Shown piece after piece: positions 53,266 to 63,507 of a DNA stretch of 64,000 nucleotides. The stretch is from an uncultured Gemmatimonadales bacterium. GTDB lineage: Bacteria; Gemmatimonadota; Gemmatimonadetes; Longimicrobiales; RSA9. The stretch's first letter is position 1. Each line of letters begins with the position of its first letter. Made by a program: the position numbers and the translations under genes. The stretch lies in NCBI GenBank assembly GCA_963798085.1, contig CAWCRS010000008.1:64001-128000 (forward strand), written 5' to 3'. The notes under the pieces are model-generated. The model did no database searches. It was not told the DNA's origin and was given only the letters and a program-made list of their open reading frames with translations.

Positions 53266-54457
53266 TCACCGCCCCCGCCGAAGACCCGTCCCCGCGTAGC
53301 CGGTCAGCTCGACGTAGCCCCTGCCTGCAATGGGGGCGCCGGCGCGCGTGCCGCGCACATCTACGGCGCCCTCCCAGTAGCGCACGGCGAGGTTCAGTTC
53401 CTGGTCTGCTGACACGGGTGTTACCTCGAGGTCGAGGCCGAGACCGGGCACGCGCACGCGCCACCGGGAAGGATAGCGCGCTCCGTCCAGCGGGCTGATC
53501 CAGGTGGCCAGCGGGGTGATCGTTGCGGCTGCGGCATCGAGATGGGTCGTGCCGCCGCGCGCGTCGACGAACGTGCCGGCGCTGAACGGATCCGTGCTGT
53601 CGTCCGAGCGGCGCAGGCGGTACACCATCAGCTCGGTGGAGTCGTTGAGCTGCAGCGCGAACCAGTCCCAGCCGGCGACGCCGGGTCCCAGGCTGCTGGT
53701 GCTCCATTCGCGATCGAACCAGCTGGCGCCCTGGACGCGCGTTTCGCCCGCTGGTGTATGCACGGTGCCTTCTGCAGGCAGGCGGGTGAACGAGTAGTAG
53801 TAGCTCGCGCTGCCCGGGGCGTCGCTCTTGCGGCTGAGGCCGGCATCGCCGTGCAGAACCAGCGGCTTGCCCGCAGTCAGGACGAGATCAATGGCGACAC
53901 CGCTGTCCGCAGCCTGCACGTGCAGCGGGAAGAATGCGGAATCGGTCGAGCGCATGCTCCAGTCTTCGAGCCACACGCGGAAGGGCGCCGCTTCCGCGCC
54001 GGCCAGTTCCTCCGCGCCGCGCGCGAAGCGCTCGAATGCGTGATAGCGACCGGCCCGCACATCCGTGAGCGCGAAGTGCGCCATGTACACCTGGCGCGTG
54101 GCCCAGCCCGATGCACGCTGCGGCATCGCGGGCGCGAGCGCGCTCCGGAAAATCGTGAGCTGCCAGCCGAAGCGCGCGCCCGTTTCGCTCTGCAGATTGC
54201 CGGTGAGATACCACCACTCGGTGCGGAAATCGGGGTGCGGGCCGTGGTCGCGCGGAAATACGAACGGCCGCGGTACAAACGCACGGGCATAACCCGCTGT
54301 GTCCTCGCCGCCCACTGCCTGCGCGACGGACAGCGTGGCGCGCACCACGTCGCGCGGCGAGGCGCCACCCAGCAGGCGCACGGCCAGCGCGCGCGAGCAC
54401 AAGCACCAGACCACCCGCAGCGAAGCCGCGCCACAATGAGCGCCGGAGCAGGCTCAC
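53266..54457 (-). CDS. CrtC-like/lipocalin-like secreted hydrolase (AttH-like); probable frameshift near 54390
   Basis: FPRDHGPHPDFRTEWWYLTGNL, SYYYS, WFDREWS, GWDWFALQL, YWEGAV, GYVELTGY; N-terminal TM segment lies in another frame. Confidence 0.88.
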
Positions 54458-54496
54458 CGGTTGCCGCACCGGGCCGCAAGCGCGTAATGCATGCGA

Positions 54497-57037
54497 TTAC
54501 TCCTCGCGCAGCGCGGCGGCGGGCGGCGTTCCGGCCATGCGCAAGGCGGGATAAATGCCCGCGAGCAGCGCAGCCAGCAGCGCCAGGCCAACGGCCTGCA
54601 GCAGGCCGGTCCCGTCGGCGTGCAGGTTCATCGTCCAGCCGAAGGAGCGACGATTCACCACACGGATGAGGAGCCAGGCCATGGCCAGTGCCAGCGGTGC
54701 GCCCAGTACGCCCGCGGCCAGGCCCATGAGTCCGGTCTGTGCCGTCACCAGGCCGCGCAGCTGTCCCGGTGTCAGGCCCGTGGCGCGCAGTACGCCCAGC
54801 TCGCGGGTCCGCTCCAGCTGCAGCGCCATCAACGAGGAGAGCACGCCCACGAACGCGACCAGCAGCGCCAGCGCGCGCAACACGCGTGTGATCGCGAAGG
54901 TCCGATCGAACACATCGAGCGTCACCTGGCGCAGCCCGCGATTGGAGCGCACGAACAGCTGCTGCACACCGGCCGTGCGCTGCGTGATGGCTGCCGCCAC
55001 CGCCTCGGCATCCGTGCCGGGCGCGAGGAACACCGCCATCGAGGAAACACCCGCGTCGCGCCACCACGTGTCATAGGCAGCACGATCCAGGAAGGCCACG
55101 CCGAATTCGCTGGAATAGTCCCGGAACACGGCCGCCACCGGAAAACCATGAGGGCCGCGATCGGTGGCCAGAACCGCCGTGTCGCCTGCACTCAGATGAT
55201 TGCGCCATGCGAAACTCTCGGACACCAGCAGCGCGCCGCGCGCGAACGCCGGCCACACCGCCTGCGCATCGCCCTGCAGGAAGCTGAACGCCGCGCGGTG
55301 CCGTGGGAACATGGCAAGGGCCACGAGGTGCAGGTCGCCGGCCGGATAACGCAGCGTTATCTGGCGGTAGCGGCTCACACCGGCAATGCCGGGCGACGAC
55401 GCCACCGCCGCCACTGCGCGCGGATCCAGCGTGCCTTCGCCGCGGCCGCTGGTCGCCGTGGAGACGTAGAGGTCGGCCTGCAGCGTCGTGTCCAGCCAGT
55501 GCTCGACACTGCGCCGGAAGCTGCTCACCATGATGGCGACCGCGGCGCCCACCGACACGGCCACCATGAGCGCGGCCACGGCCGGACCGGTGCGACTGAG
55601 CGCAGCCGTAACGCCACGCACGGCCATGCTGCCCAGCTGCCCGAACAGGCGGGTCGCGAGCGGGCGCAGCAGGCGCATGAGCAGCATGGTTCCCAGCGGC
55701 GCCAGCAGGGCCGCGGCCAGCACGACCGAGAACATGGCGCCGAAGCCCGCACGCAGATCGCCGCCCGGCAGCGCAATGAGGATGGCCGCCAGCGCCAGCA
55801 GCAGGGCGCCGCCTGCCGCGGCGCGCAGCGCAGTGCGCCGGGCCCGCGACTCGAGCAGCGAGCGCACCGTGGCGGATCGCGGCGTCGTCGACGTGGCTTC
55901 GCGCAGCGGCGGCAGCGTGGCCAGCACGGTGGCGCCCATGCCGAGCAGCACGCCCTTGAGCAGAGAAACGGGGGCGAGCGAGACGTGCGTGACGCTCACC
56001 GCGAAGTACAGGTCATTGATGGTGCGCGCCACCAGCCGCACCAGCGCACTGCCCAGCGCCGCGCCCAGAACCAGACCGAGCAGCGTCGCCAGCAATCCGA
56101 TGACCACGGCCTCACCCAGCACCAGCGCGAAGATCTCGCGCCGGGTCACGCCCACGGCGCGCAGCAGCCCGATCAGCTCGCGCCGCTGCACCACCGCGAA
56201 ACTCATGGTGTCATAGATCAGCAGCGCGCCAAACACCAGTGTTATCAAGGCGAAAGCGGAGAGGTTCAGCTCGAACGCTCGGGCCATGCCGAGCGTGCTC
56301 TGAGCCCGGGCCGCCGTGGTCACGACTTCCGCGCCCGGTGGCAGCACGGCGCGCACGCGCTGCAACTGCCGCTCGCCTGCTTCGCCCGCCGCCAGTTCGA
56401 GGTCAATGCGGTCCAGGCCGTGGCTGCGTCCGGTCAGCTCCTGCGCCGTCGCAATGTCCGCGAGCACCAGATCGGCGAGACCCGCACGACTGCGCGCATC
56501 GGACGGCCGCAGCACACCGGCCACCCAGGCAGAATGCGTGCGGCCCGCGAACTCGAGTGTCAGCGAATCACCGGGCGTGAGGCCCAGCGCGCTCGCGGTG
56601 GCCGCGGGCAGGAGCAGCGCGCCCGGCCGCGTCAGCATCACCGCGAGATCGGCATCGCCGGCCGACACGTCCAGGTATCCGCGGAACCTCGCCTCGGCGA
56701 ACGGGTCGACGCCCAGCAGCTGCGCGCTGCGCACGCCGGCCGCCGCGCGCAGGCGCACCGCCGCGTCGACGACCGGCGCGGCGGGCAGGCCGAGATCCAC
56801 ACGCAGCACGCGATCGAGACTGTCCGGCAGGCCGGCCGGTCCCGCCAGCAGCTGGTGCGTGGTGCGCCCGAACACGGCTTCCGCTGAGAGCGTGAAGGCG
56901 CGGCGCGCGCTGGCCGTCGCCAGGTCGACCAATGTGACCACGGCCACACCCAGCGCAATGCCGATCACGGCCAGCGCCGCCTGCCAGGGATGACGCAGGT
57001 AGTGCCGCAGACCCGCACGGCGCAGCAGCGGACTCAT
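54497..57037 (-). CDS. FtsX-like ABC permease (AttF/G-like)
   Basis: [46 protein letters not shown]. Confidence 0.92.
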   Translation of the reverse strand: MSPLLRRAGLRHYLRHPWQAALAVIGIALGVAVVTLVDLATASARRAFTLSAEAVFGRTTHQLLAGPAGLPDSLDRVLRVDLGLPAAPVVDAAVRLRAAAGVRSAQLLGVDPFAEARFRGYLDVSAGDADLAVMLTRPGALLLPAATASALGLTPGDSLTLEFAGRTHSAWVAGVLRPSDARSRAGLADLVLADIATAQELTGRSHGLDRIDLELAAGEAGERQLQRVRAVLPPGAEVVTTAARAQSTLGMARAFELNLSAFALITLVFGALLIYDTMSFAVVQRRELIGLLRAVGVTRREIFALVLGEAVVIGLLATLLGLVLGAALGSALVRLVARTINDLYFAVSVTHVSLAPVSLLKGVLLGMGATVLATLPPLREATSTTPRSATVRSLLESRARRTALRAAAGGALLLALAAILIALPGGDLRAGFGAMFSVVLAAALLAPLGTMLLMRLLRPLATRLFGQLGSMAVRGVTAALSRTGPAVAALMVAVSVGAAVAIMVSSFRRSVEHWLDTTLQADLYVSTATSGRGEGTLDPRAVAAVASSPGIAGVSRYRQITLRYPAGDLHLVALAMFPRHRAAFSFLQGDAQAVWPAFARGALLVSESFAWRNHLSAGDTAVLATDRGPHGFPVAAVFRDYSSEFGVAFLDRAAYDTWWRDAGVSSMAVFLAPGTDAEAVAAAITQRTAGVQQLFVRSNRGLRQVTLDVFDRTFAITRVLRALALLVAFVGVLSSLMALQLERTRELGVLRATGLTPGQLRGLVTAQTGLMGLAAGVLGAPLALAMAWLLIRVVNRRSFGWTMNLHADGTGLLQAVGLALLAALLAGIYPALRMAGTPPAAALREE

Positions 57038-57735
57038 CGGAGAGCACCGCGCTCGAGCAGATGGCCGTGCGAGAGCTGCAGCACGCGGTCCGCCCGCTGC
57101 ACGACACGCTCACTGTGTGTTACCACCAGCAGCGTACGCCCGGCCGCGCGCGTCAGCGACTCGAGCAGGTCGAGCACGGCTTCCGCATTGTCGTCGTCGA
57201 GATTGCCGGTGGGCTCATCCGCCAGCACCAGCACCGGCTCGTGCACCAGCGCACGCGCAATCGCGACGCGCTGCTGCTCACCACCCGAAAGGCGATCGGG
57301 AAACGTGTCCGCCCGGCGCGCCAGCCCGACCCGCTCGAGCAGTGCATGCGCCACGGCAGGATCCGCGCGGCGACCATTCAGCTCCAGCGGTAACAGCAGA
57401 TTCTCCGCGACCGTCAGCGTGGGCAGCAGATTGAAGAACTGGAAGATGAATCCCACACGGCGCCGCCGGAACAGCGTGCGCGCCCGCTCGTCCAGACGCC
57501 CGAGCGAGACGCCGCCCACCACGATCTCCCCCGCGTCCGGCAGATCGATGCCGCCCACCAGATTGAGCAGCGTCGACTTGCCCGATCCGCTCGGCCCCAG
57601 CAGCACCACGAACTCACCCGCACCCACACACGCGCTTACGCCATCCAGCACCACGTGCTCCGCGTCGCCCTCGCGGTAGCTCTTGCGTACATCCGTCAGG
57701 CGGATCAAGACATCGGTTTCGGCAGCGTTGCGCAT
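57034..57735 (-). CDS. ABC transporter ATP-binding protein (LolD/AttE-like)
   Basis: [36 protein letters not shown]. Confidence 0.95.
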   Translation of the reverse strand: MRNAAETDVLIRLTDVRKSYREGDAEHVVLDGVSACVGAGEFVVLLGPSGSGKSTLLNLVGGIDLPDAGEIVVGGVSLGRLDERARTLFRRRRVGFIFQFFNLLPTLTVAENLLLPLELNGRRADPAVAHALLERVGLARRADTFPDRLSGGEQQRVAIARALVHEPVLVLADEPTGNLDDDNAEAVLDLLESLTRAAGRTLLVVTHSERVVQRADRVLQLSHGHLLERGALR

Positions 57736-57786
57736 GGCGCAAGGTAATGCTGGAGCCGGCGGGCTGCCTGCAGCGGTCTCTCAATA

Positions 57787-57945
57787 GCGTTGCTGGGGCT
57801 GGTTGCTCGCGCGGATCCAGCGTTGCTGCACGGGCTGGTCGCTGTGAACTCGACATGCGCGCTTCAATTGTCCAGCCGCCGAACAATGCGAAGTCCGTTC
57901 ATCCGTTCCCCAGCAACCAGCGCCAGCAACCAGCCCCAGCAACGC
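57787..57945. repeat. REP-like family A inverted pair (perfect 21-bp arms)
   Basis: GCGTTGCTGGGGCTGGTTGCT at 57787-57807 and its exact reverse complement at 57925-57945. Confidence 0.85.
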
Positions 57946-58020
57946 CGTTGATCCAGCCGTGTGTGTCGCTCTTTCCCAACCGCAGCCCGTGACCCGGCCC
58001 CGGCAACGCGGGGCAACGCG

Positions 58021-58549
58021 CTATTTCCCGACGGACGCCCGCAACTGCCGGGCCTCCCGGAGATGGGCCTCGAGCACGGGCTCCACCTTCTCGAGCAGCG
58101 CTTTGAGCTGCGGATTCTTCGCGCCGGGAACCAGCACCTGTGTCACCGCATCGATCACAGCCTGGTGATACGCGACTTCGCGGTCCGCATAGGCGACGTC
58201 GAAGGCGGCGCCGCTCAGGGGCTGCAGTCGGGCCCTGGCTTCGGTGGCGCCCTGCTGCAGCGCCCGGCTGGTGGTGTTGTCGGCCGGGGTCACGTGCAGC
58301 GCCTGAACCAGCGTCGTCGCCTGATCGATCACGCTTGCGTGATCCTGAGCCATCATGCGCGCGAACTGCAACACTGCCTGATTCCGGCTCTTCGACTGCG
58401 CCAGCTTCGCCATGTCAATGTCGATCTGGTTCGCGGTCACGGCAATGTGGGCAATCTCCGCATCAGTGGGTCCCGGCTGCTGAGCCCGGGCCAGCGCGGG
58501 CAGGGCCACGCTGACGATGAGACTGAATGCCTGCGATGCTTCGGCTCAT
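58021..58549 (-). CDS. DUF4142 family secreted ferritin-like protein; extra base near 58530
   Basis: TDAEIAHI..ANQIDI..FARMMAQDH..FDVAY..EVAYH..HL; ATG 58549 with RBS GGAGG is one base out of frame. Confidence 0.85.
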
Positions 58550-58668
58550 GGTCGTCTTCCTCCTGGATGCCATCCGGTTTCCGCCGGCGCCACTGGGTCG
58601 GGCGCTCCGCGTCGCGGCGGTGCGCGAGGCGAGCCGGCGGCTGGTGTGCGGAGGAGGGTAGCTCCACA

Positions 58669-58685
58669 ATCGACACTTTGTCAAT
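58669..58685. promoter_or_regulatory. Imperfect palindrome ATCGACA-CTT-TGTCAAT overlapping a minus-strand TTGACA
   Basis: AT-rich island between the divergent DUF4142 and HTH regulator genes. Confidence 0.5.
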
Positions 58686-58790
58686 ATCTTTATTGTATAA
58701 ACTCGCCACGGCCGGACACGTCGCGCAGATTGCACACCGCACATCACCGCCGCCGCACCCGACGCAGCGACCCGCGTGGAGGACCAGACA

Positions 58791-59408
58791 ATGGCGAAAT
58801 GGCACGAGCGCATGGCGGCCGGCACGCGGGGCCGCATCCTGGCGCTGCTGCGCCGCTCCGATCAGACGATCCCGGAGCTGGCCGAGTCGCTCGGGATCTC
58901 CGGGAACGCCGTGCGCGTGCACGTCGCGGCGCTGGAACGCGATGGCCTGCTGCATGCCGCCACATCGCGCAGTACCGGCGGCAAGCCGGCGCAGGTCTAT
59001 GCGCTGACGGATGCGGGGGTCGAGTTGTTCCCGCGTGCCTACGCGATCTTCCTTGCCGAGATGCTCGGTCTGGTGCTGGAACGCGACCGCGCCACTGCAC
59101 GCCGGCTGCTGCGCGAAGTGGGTCGCCGCGTCGGCTCGCGCCAGCCGGCCCGGCAGGGGACCGTGGCGGAAGGCGTACAGGCGGCGGCCGCGGCGTTGCG
59201 CCTGCTGGGCGGCAATGTGGAGGTGGAAGCGACGGGGACTGGATTTCGCCTGCGCGGACACGGCTGCCCGCTGCGCGCCGTGACGGCGCAGCAGCCCGCT
59301 GCCTGCGTGATGGCCGAAGCGTTCGTCGCCGCCGTGACCGGTCAGCCCACGACGGAAAAGTGCGAGAAGGGCGACCGGCCCCGCTGCGTCTTCGAGGTGA
59401 GAAGCTGA
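58791..59408 (+). CDS. ArsR/SufR-like HTH transcriptional regulator
   Basis: TRGRILALL..ELAESLGISGNAVRVHVAALERDGL..GKP..YALT; C-terminal GCPL..C..C..C. Confidence 0.88.
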   Translation: MAKWHERMAAGTRGRILALLRRSDQTIPELAESLGISGNAVRVHVAALERDGLLHAATSRSTGGKPAQVYALTDAGVELFPRAYAIFLAEMLGLVLERDRATARRLLREVGRRVGSRQPARQGTVAEGVQAAAAALRLLGGNVEVEATGTGFRLRGHGCPLRAVTAQQPAACVMAEAFVAAVTGQPTTEKCEKGDRPRCVFEVRS

Positions 59409-59601
59409 CCACCCGCAGCCGAAGCGGAGCAGAGCCGCGGCGGCATCGTCGCCTGAAATACGTTGTCAGGAAGATTGTGTCGGAGTGCGCCCGGCCTGCG
59501 CCGAAGCGCCGGGGACCGCTGCGCGCGCCTGCGCACGAATCAGGATCGCAGACCCAGCCCCAGCCGGCTGCAGCTCAGTTCCACTCCCGGCTGCCCGTGG
59601 G

Positions 59602-60004
59602 CTACAGGAGCCAGCGCAGCACGCGGAACACCCAGTCGGCGCTGGCGATCAGCGTGGGCAGCAGGGCGAGGCCGGCGGAGAAGGTGAGGCCCATGCGGAA
59701 GAGCACCGGGCCCGTGGGAAGCACCTTGCCGCCGCCCAGCTTTTCGATCGCGATCTCGGTCATGGGCCCGAACAGGTAGCAGAATGTTTCCCATCACGGC
59801 GAAGACCAGAACCGCGCCCAGCGGCAGCATCGCATGCGGGTCCGGCGGCAGCCAGGTGAGCAGCCGGATCACGCCCAGCGAAAACAGGCCGGCCGCCCCT
59901 ACGGCGAGGTTCCACTTCAGGCGGCGGGCCTCCCACCAGCGGAAAATGGCCGGGGCGCTGCGCGCGGCAGGCGCAGGAAAGAGGAACTCCGTGAGCGCGG
60001 TCAT
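59602..60004 (-). CDS. Three-TM membrane protein; frameshift near 59783
   Basis: WWEARRLKWNLAVG; removing one base gives NICYLFGPMTE..LFRMGLTFS..LL* with stop at 59602-59604. Confidence 0.75.
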
Positions 60005-60068
60005 CAGCAGGCTGCCGGGTTGTGTGATGCGTGTCGGTTGCCTGGAGGATGGCGGTCCCGGTCCCGTG

Positions 60069-60084
60069 TGTCAAGTACTTCACA
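60069..60084. promoter_or_regulatory. Operator-like palindrome TGTCAAGTACTTCACA overlapping a minus-strand -35
   Basis: 14/16 palindrome; minus strand reads TTGACA-N17-CATCCT upstream of the 60004 gene. Confidence 0.55.
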
Positions 60085-60369
60085 TTGCAAAGTTGCGGAC
60101 CTGCCAACCCGCGCGCAGGCGTGCGGCATTGCGCGGATCCATTCGCGCAGAGGCGCGCAAACCGGCCTGGCCGGGCTGCCATGCGCACGACTGCAAGTGA
60201 CTGACAGGTCGTTAGTTGTGCGATCCGGTCGCGCTGGCCTGCCGGGTGCCTTGCGCGTCAGGGCCGCCGGGGTTCGGCGGTTCCCGGACGCGCGGACGCG
60301 GCCGGCCGCCGCCGCGCCGGGACAGGAAGTCACGCGCTCTCCAGAGAGCGCAGGGCAGGGAGGTGTGTG

Positions 60370-60685
60370 ATGCAACGTTCAGTCAGTCGGGTGGTGGCGG
60401 CGTGCGTGCTGCTTCTGGGCGGCTTCGCGATGGCGCTGAGCGCGAAGGAGGCGCTGGGCTGCGCCAACATGATCTCGGGTGACATCGGTCATCCGGTGAC
60501 GGGCTACCTGATCGGTACGGAGACCCGCACGCAGACGTGGACAGTGACAGTGATCACGGCGCCTGGCGGTGTGGGCGGATCGGCCGCTTCCACCGTTTCG
60601 GTCACGTACGACGTGGGATTCTACCGAGATGTCCGACGGCACACGGCTGGCTATCGACTGTCGGAGCTACGACGTCACTTCCTGA
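60370..60685 (+). CDS. Small secreted two-Cys beta-hairpin protein A (104 aa after correcting one extra base near 60625)
   Basis: RBS GGAGG, signal peptide ALSA/KE; corrected C-terminus GFY(E/Q)MSDGTRLAIDCRSYDVTS* aligns with the paralog at 61373. Confidence 0.8.
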
Positions 60686-60700
60686 GTCCGCCGTTCGGAG

Positions 60701-60723
60701 GGGACCGGCACCATGCCGGTCCC
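60701..60723 (+). terminator. GC-rich hairpin after peptide gene A
   Basis: GGGACCGGCA-CCA-TGCCGGTCCC perfect 10-bp stem; no U-tract. Confidence 0.5.
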
Positions 60724-61372
60724 GCTCCACGGCGCCCGTTGCGCCGGCTCCCGCCGCTGGTGTGTCCGTTGCGCGTGGCGCGCGAGGCGGCGGTGCGTCC
60801 CCGTCGCCCTGGCAGTGGGATGCGGCGTTGGCTGGAGTGACCGCGGCCGGTCGCCTCTAACCTTGTCTTAGCACCCATCCTCGCCGGGTCCGTCCGCGCC
60901 GCCGGGTGAGGGTTGCATCGCCTGTCCGGTTCATGGAATGCGACACGCGTGTCCTCGTCCGGCGCGTGCCTGCTGCCCGCGTCTCGCCGAATGTCCGATC
61001 CGGCTATGGCCTTCCGAAACCGCAATGACAACCCTGTCACGGCCGGCATCAGCCCCCGCCGCGCTGCAAGCCGGGCAGGCGCGAGCCGCGGCGGGTGGCG
61101 TACGTGGCGACGGGCGGCTGGGTCTGGCGCGCCTGGTGTCATTGGCGGGGTCCGTGTTCACTGGCTGCGCAGAAGCGGGCAGACATGGGAAGACCTGCGC
61201 AGTGCGGGACGCCGAGGCGTGCCTGCGATTCCTTCTAACTCACTGTTGCAGGAAGACCTGGAGCCGTGACGTCCGGCGGTCCGGGGTGTGCGTTGCCAGC
61301 GGGCAGGGGCGGCACTCGCGGTCGCAACAGATCGGCCGCTCTCTGCAACACACAACGCACCGGGAGGAAGAC

Positions 61373-61675
61373 ATGCGGGCATGGCGGGGAGCGGCGCTCA
61401 TTGCGTGCGCGAGCATGACGGCGCTGGCGTCGGCGCGGGCGCACGCCAAGGAATCGGGATGTGCAGACACGCTGAGCGGAGCGACGGGCAATGGCGAGCC
61501 GATGAGCGGCTACCTGCTGGGTGCGGAGACGCACACGTATTACTTCCCGTTCTTCTCCGGGGGTACGTGGATCCTGGCGCAGGGCACCTACAGCGAGGGC
61601 TACTACCAGTTCAGCGATGGCACGCGTCTGCTCATCAGCTGCGACGATCTGAAGATCACGGTCACGGGCACGTGA
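61373..61675 (+). CDS. Small secreted two-Cys beta-hairpin protein B (100 aa)
   Basis: RBS GGGAGG, signal peptide AHA/KE; GCADTLSG..GYLLGAET..GYYQFSDGTRLLISC. Confidence 0.82.
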   Translation: MRAWRGAALIACASMTALASARAHAKESGCADTLSGATGNGEPMSGYLLGAETHTYYFPFFSGGTWILAQGTYSEGYYQFSDGTRLLISCDDLKITVTGT

Positions 61676-61729
61676 ATGCCCGCGCGACCGGGAACGCAAC
61701 GAAATTCACCTGGACCGAGGGGGACCGAC

Positions 61730-62791
61730 ATGATGCGCTCGACAGGTCTGATCCGGCCGTCCCGGCGGGTCCGCATTGCCGCGCTGCTGCTCTGCGACGT
61801 AGTCGCGGGCTGCGGTGGACGGGTTGCCGACGCATCCGGCGTCATGGAGGAGCAGCGGCCATCGCTGGTGCTCGAGGCGGTGGAAGCGTCGGGTCCGAAG
61901 GCAGCAGGCGAGCACCCGGTCGAGCTGTTTCACACGACGGATCTCGCGCTGGTGGGTGACACGATCGTGCTGGTCGATTCGGGGAACGACCGCCTCGTGC
62001 TGCTGGACGCCAGTCTGAGTCCGCTCGCGGTGATCGGCAGGCAGGGAGCCGGCCCGGGCGAGTTCGAAGCGCCGCTCACCATCCGGACCGCGCCGGACCG
62101 GATGGTGGTTTACGAGCTGGGCAACGCGCGGTTCAATGTGTTCGAGCGCAACGGCGAGTTCCGCCAGGTCATTCCCGGGATCACGAGTGGTGGCTGGTTC
62201 GAAATGCTGAGCGACGGCCGCGTGGTCGTGCCGGCTCGGTCCGCCGCCAACTACCTCGCCTTTGCCGGCGACACTGCGCACGCTTTCGCCGGCCGTGTGG
62301 ACACGGCGCGCACGGAGCAGCAGATCAGGGCCGCAATGGAGGGGTTCCGGTACCCGCTGCTGGCGGCCACGGGTGACACGCTGCACGTGTTCGACGCGGT
62401 GGCGGGCGTGCTGCTCAAGTACGATGTCCGTGGCAGGCTGCTGTTGAAGCGAGCGCTGCCCACGGCGCTGCTCGATTCACTGAAGAGCGAGCTGCACGAC
62501 ACAATGGCGCCATTTCTGAAGCGGGGAGCGGTGATCGGTGGGGCGGGCGTGGCGAAGGGTCTGACGGTCACGCGCGATGGCCGGCTGCTGCTCCTGCTCA
62601 GCTATTCGCGCACGGTCGCGCTGCTGATAGACCCGGTGACCTATCGAGCGACCCGCATCATCGTGCGGGATGATGGGCCAGCAGCCACCAGCTTGCGTGT
62701 GGCGGCGGCGGCAGTGTACGCGCAGCCGAGGCTCTACGCGGTGACATCGGACAGCGTGATCGCCTATCGTCTGGGGCCGGCCACGAAATGA
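61730..62791 (+). CDS. Six-bladed beta-propeller (NHL-like) lipoprotein
   Basis: Lipobox VAGC; DTIVLVDSGNDRLVLLD..IGRQGAGPGEFEAP. Confidence 0.8.
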   Translation: MMRSTGLIRPSRRVRIAALLLCDVVAGCGGRVADASGVMEEQRPSLVLEAVEASGPKAAGEHPVELFHTTDLALVGDTIVLVDSGNDRLVLLDASLSPLAVIGRQGAGPGEFEAPLTIRTAPDRMVVYELGNARFNVFERNGEFRQVIPGITSGGWFEMLSDGRVVVPARSAANYLAFAGDTAHAFAGRVDTARTEQQIRAAMEGFRYPLLAATGDTLHVFDAVAGVLLKYDVRGRLLLKRALPTALLDSLKSELHDTMAPFLKRGAVIGGAGVAKGLTVTRDGRLLLLLSYSRTVALLIDPVTYRATRIIVRDDGPAATSLRVAAAAVYAQPRLYAVTSDSVIAYRLGPATK

Positions 62792-63507
62792 AGGATCGCG
62801 CCGCACCCGCCAGCATCGCGCGGACGCGTTTTCCCCTGATGCTCGGGCTGGCCGCGTGCGCCGGTGCAGGCTGGCTGGGCGGCAGGATCTGGAGCGCGCA
62901 GCGAGGCGCCGTGCAGGAACACGCAGTCAGGGGCTGGACAGGGATCCCATTCGCGGGTTCCGGCATCGTGGTCCCGGCGACGGCCGGCACCGCGACGAGC
63001 GGCACGCAGCCCGTGTTGCGCATTTTCGGCGATTACGAGTGCTCCGGCTGTCGCAGCCTCGAGGCGACGATCGGCGATTCGCTGCGTGCGCTGGCCGCGC
63101 GCGGTCGCCTGCGCCTCATCTACTACCAGGCCCCGTTACGGGCGCATCGCAGAGCACCCATCGCCGGCGCGTTGACGTATTGCGCGGAGGCGCAGGGCCG
63201 TGGCATTGCCGTGCAGCACGCTCTGTACGCCAGCATTGGCGCATGGAGTCACGATGCGCCGTTGCCCGCCATGCTGCGGGCTGCAGCCGGCGCCGACGCC
63301 GATACGCGGCGCTTGCAGACGTGCATGGCGAGCGGGTCAGGCGAGGCTGCAGTACGGCGCGACCGGGCACTGGCCGAACGCATCGATACGCGAGCGGTGC
63401 CGCTCATACTCCTGGACAGCATGCGACTCGAGGTCTCGTCCTGGCGCGCACTGCTTCGACATGTGAGGAGGCGATTGCTGCCTGATGACGTCCACGAGGG
63501 TGTGTGA
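62788..63507 (+). CDS. DsbA/thioredoxin-fold protein with N-terminal anchor
   Basis: ATGA overlap with the propeller gene; FGDYECSGC (CxxC), CAEAQG, AVP cis-Pro position. Confidence 0.85.
   Translation: MKDRAAPASIARTRFPLMLGLAACAGAGWLGGRIWSAQRGAVQEHAVRGWTGIPFAGSGIVVPATAGTATSGTQPVLRIFGDYECSGCRSLEATIGDSLRALAARGRLRLIYYQAPLRAHRRAPIAGALTYCAEAQGRGIAVQHALYASIGAWSHDAPLPAMLRAAAGADADTRRLQTCMASGSGEAAVRRDRALAERIDTRAVPLILLDSMRLEVSSWRALLRHVRRRLLPDDVHEGV

Noticed and set aside
54491..56887. 798-aa plus-strand ORF and similar long antisense or alternate-frame ORFs (e.g. 7698-9641, 32350-34194)
   Set aside because: They overlap well-supported genes and are typical high-GC shadow frames
53266..57735. Carotenoid biosynthesis cluster (crtC)
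   Set aside because: The CrtC-like gene is in the common AttEFGH-like ABC transporter operon; no crt genes are nearby
60367..60840. 157-aa ORF as given in the track
   Set aside because: The Arg/Pro-rich tail is out-of-frame read-through; a one-base correction yields a C-terminus matching the paralog and a stop followed by a hairpin
60690..61370. Additional gene between the two peptide genes
   Set aside because: Only Arg/Ala-rich shadow ORFs without RBS or motifs; treated as intergenic
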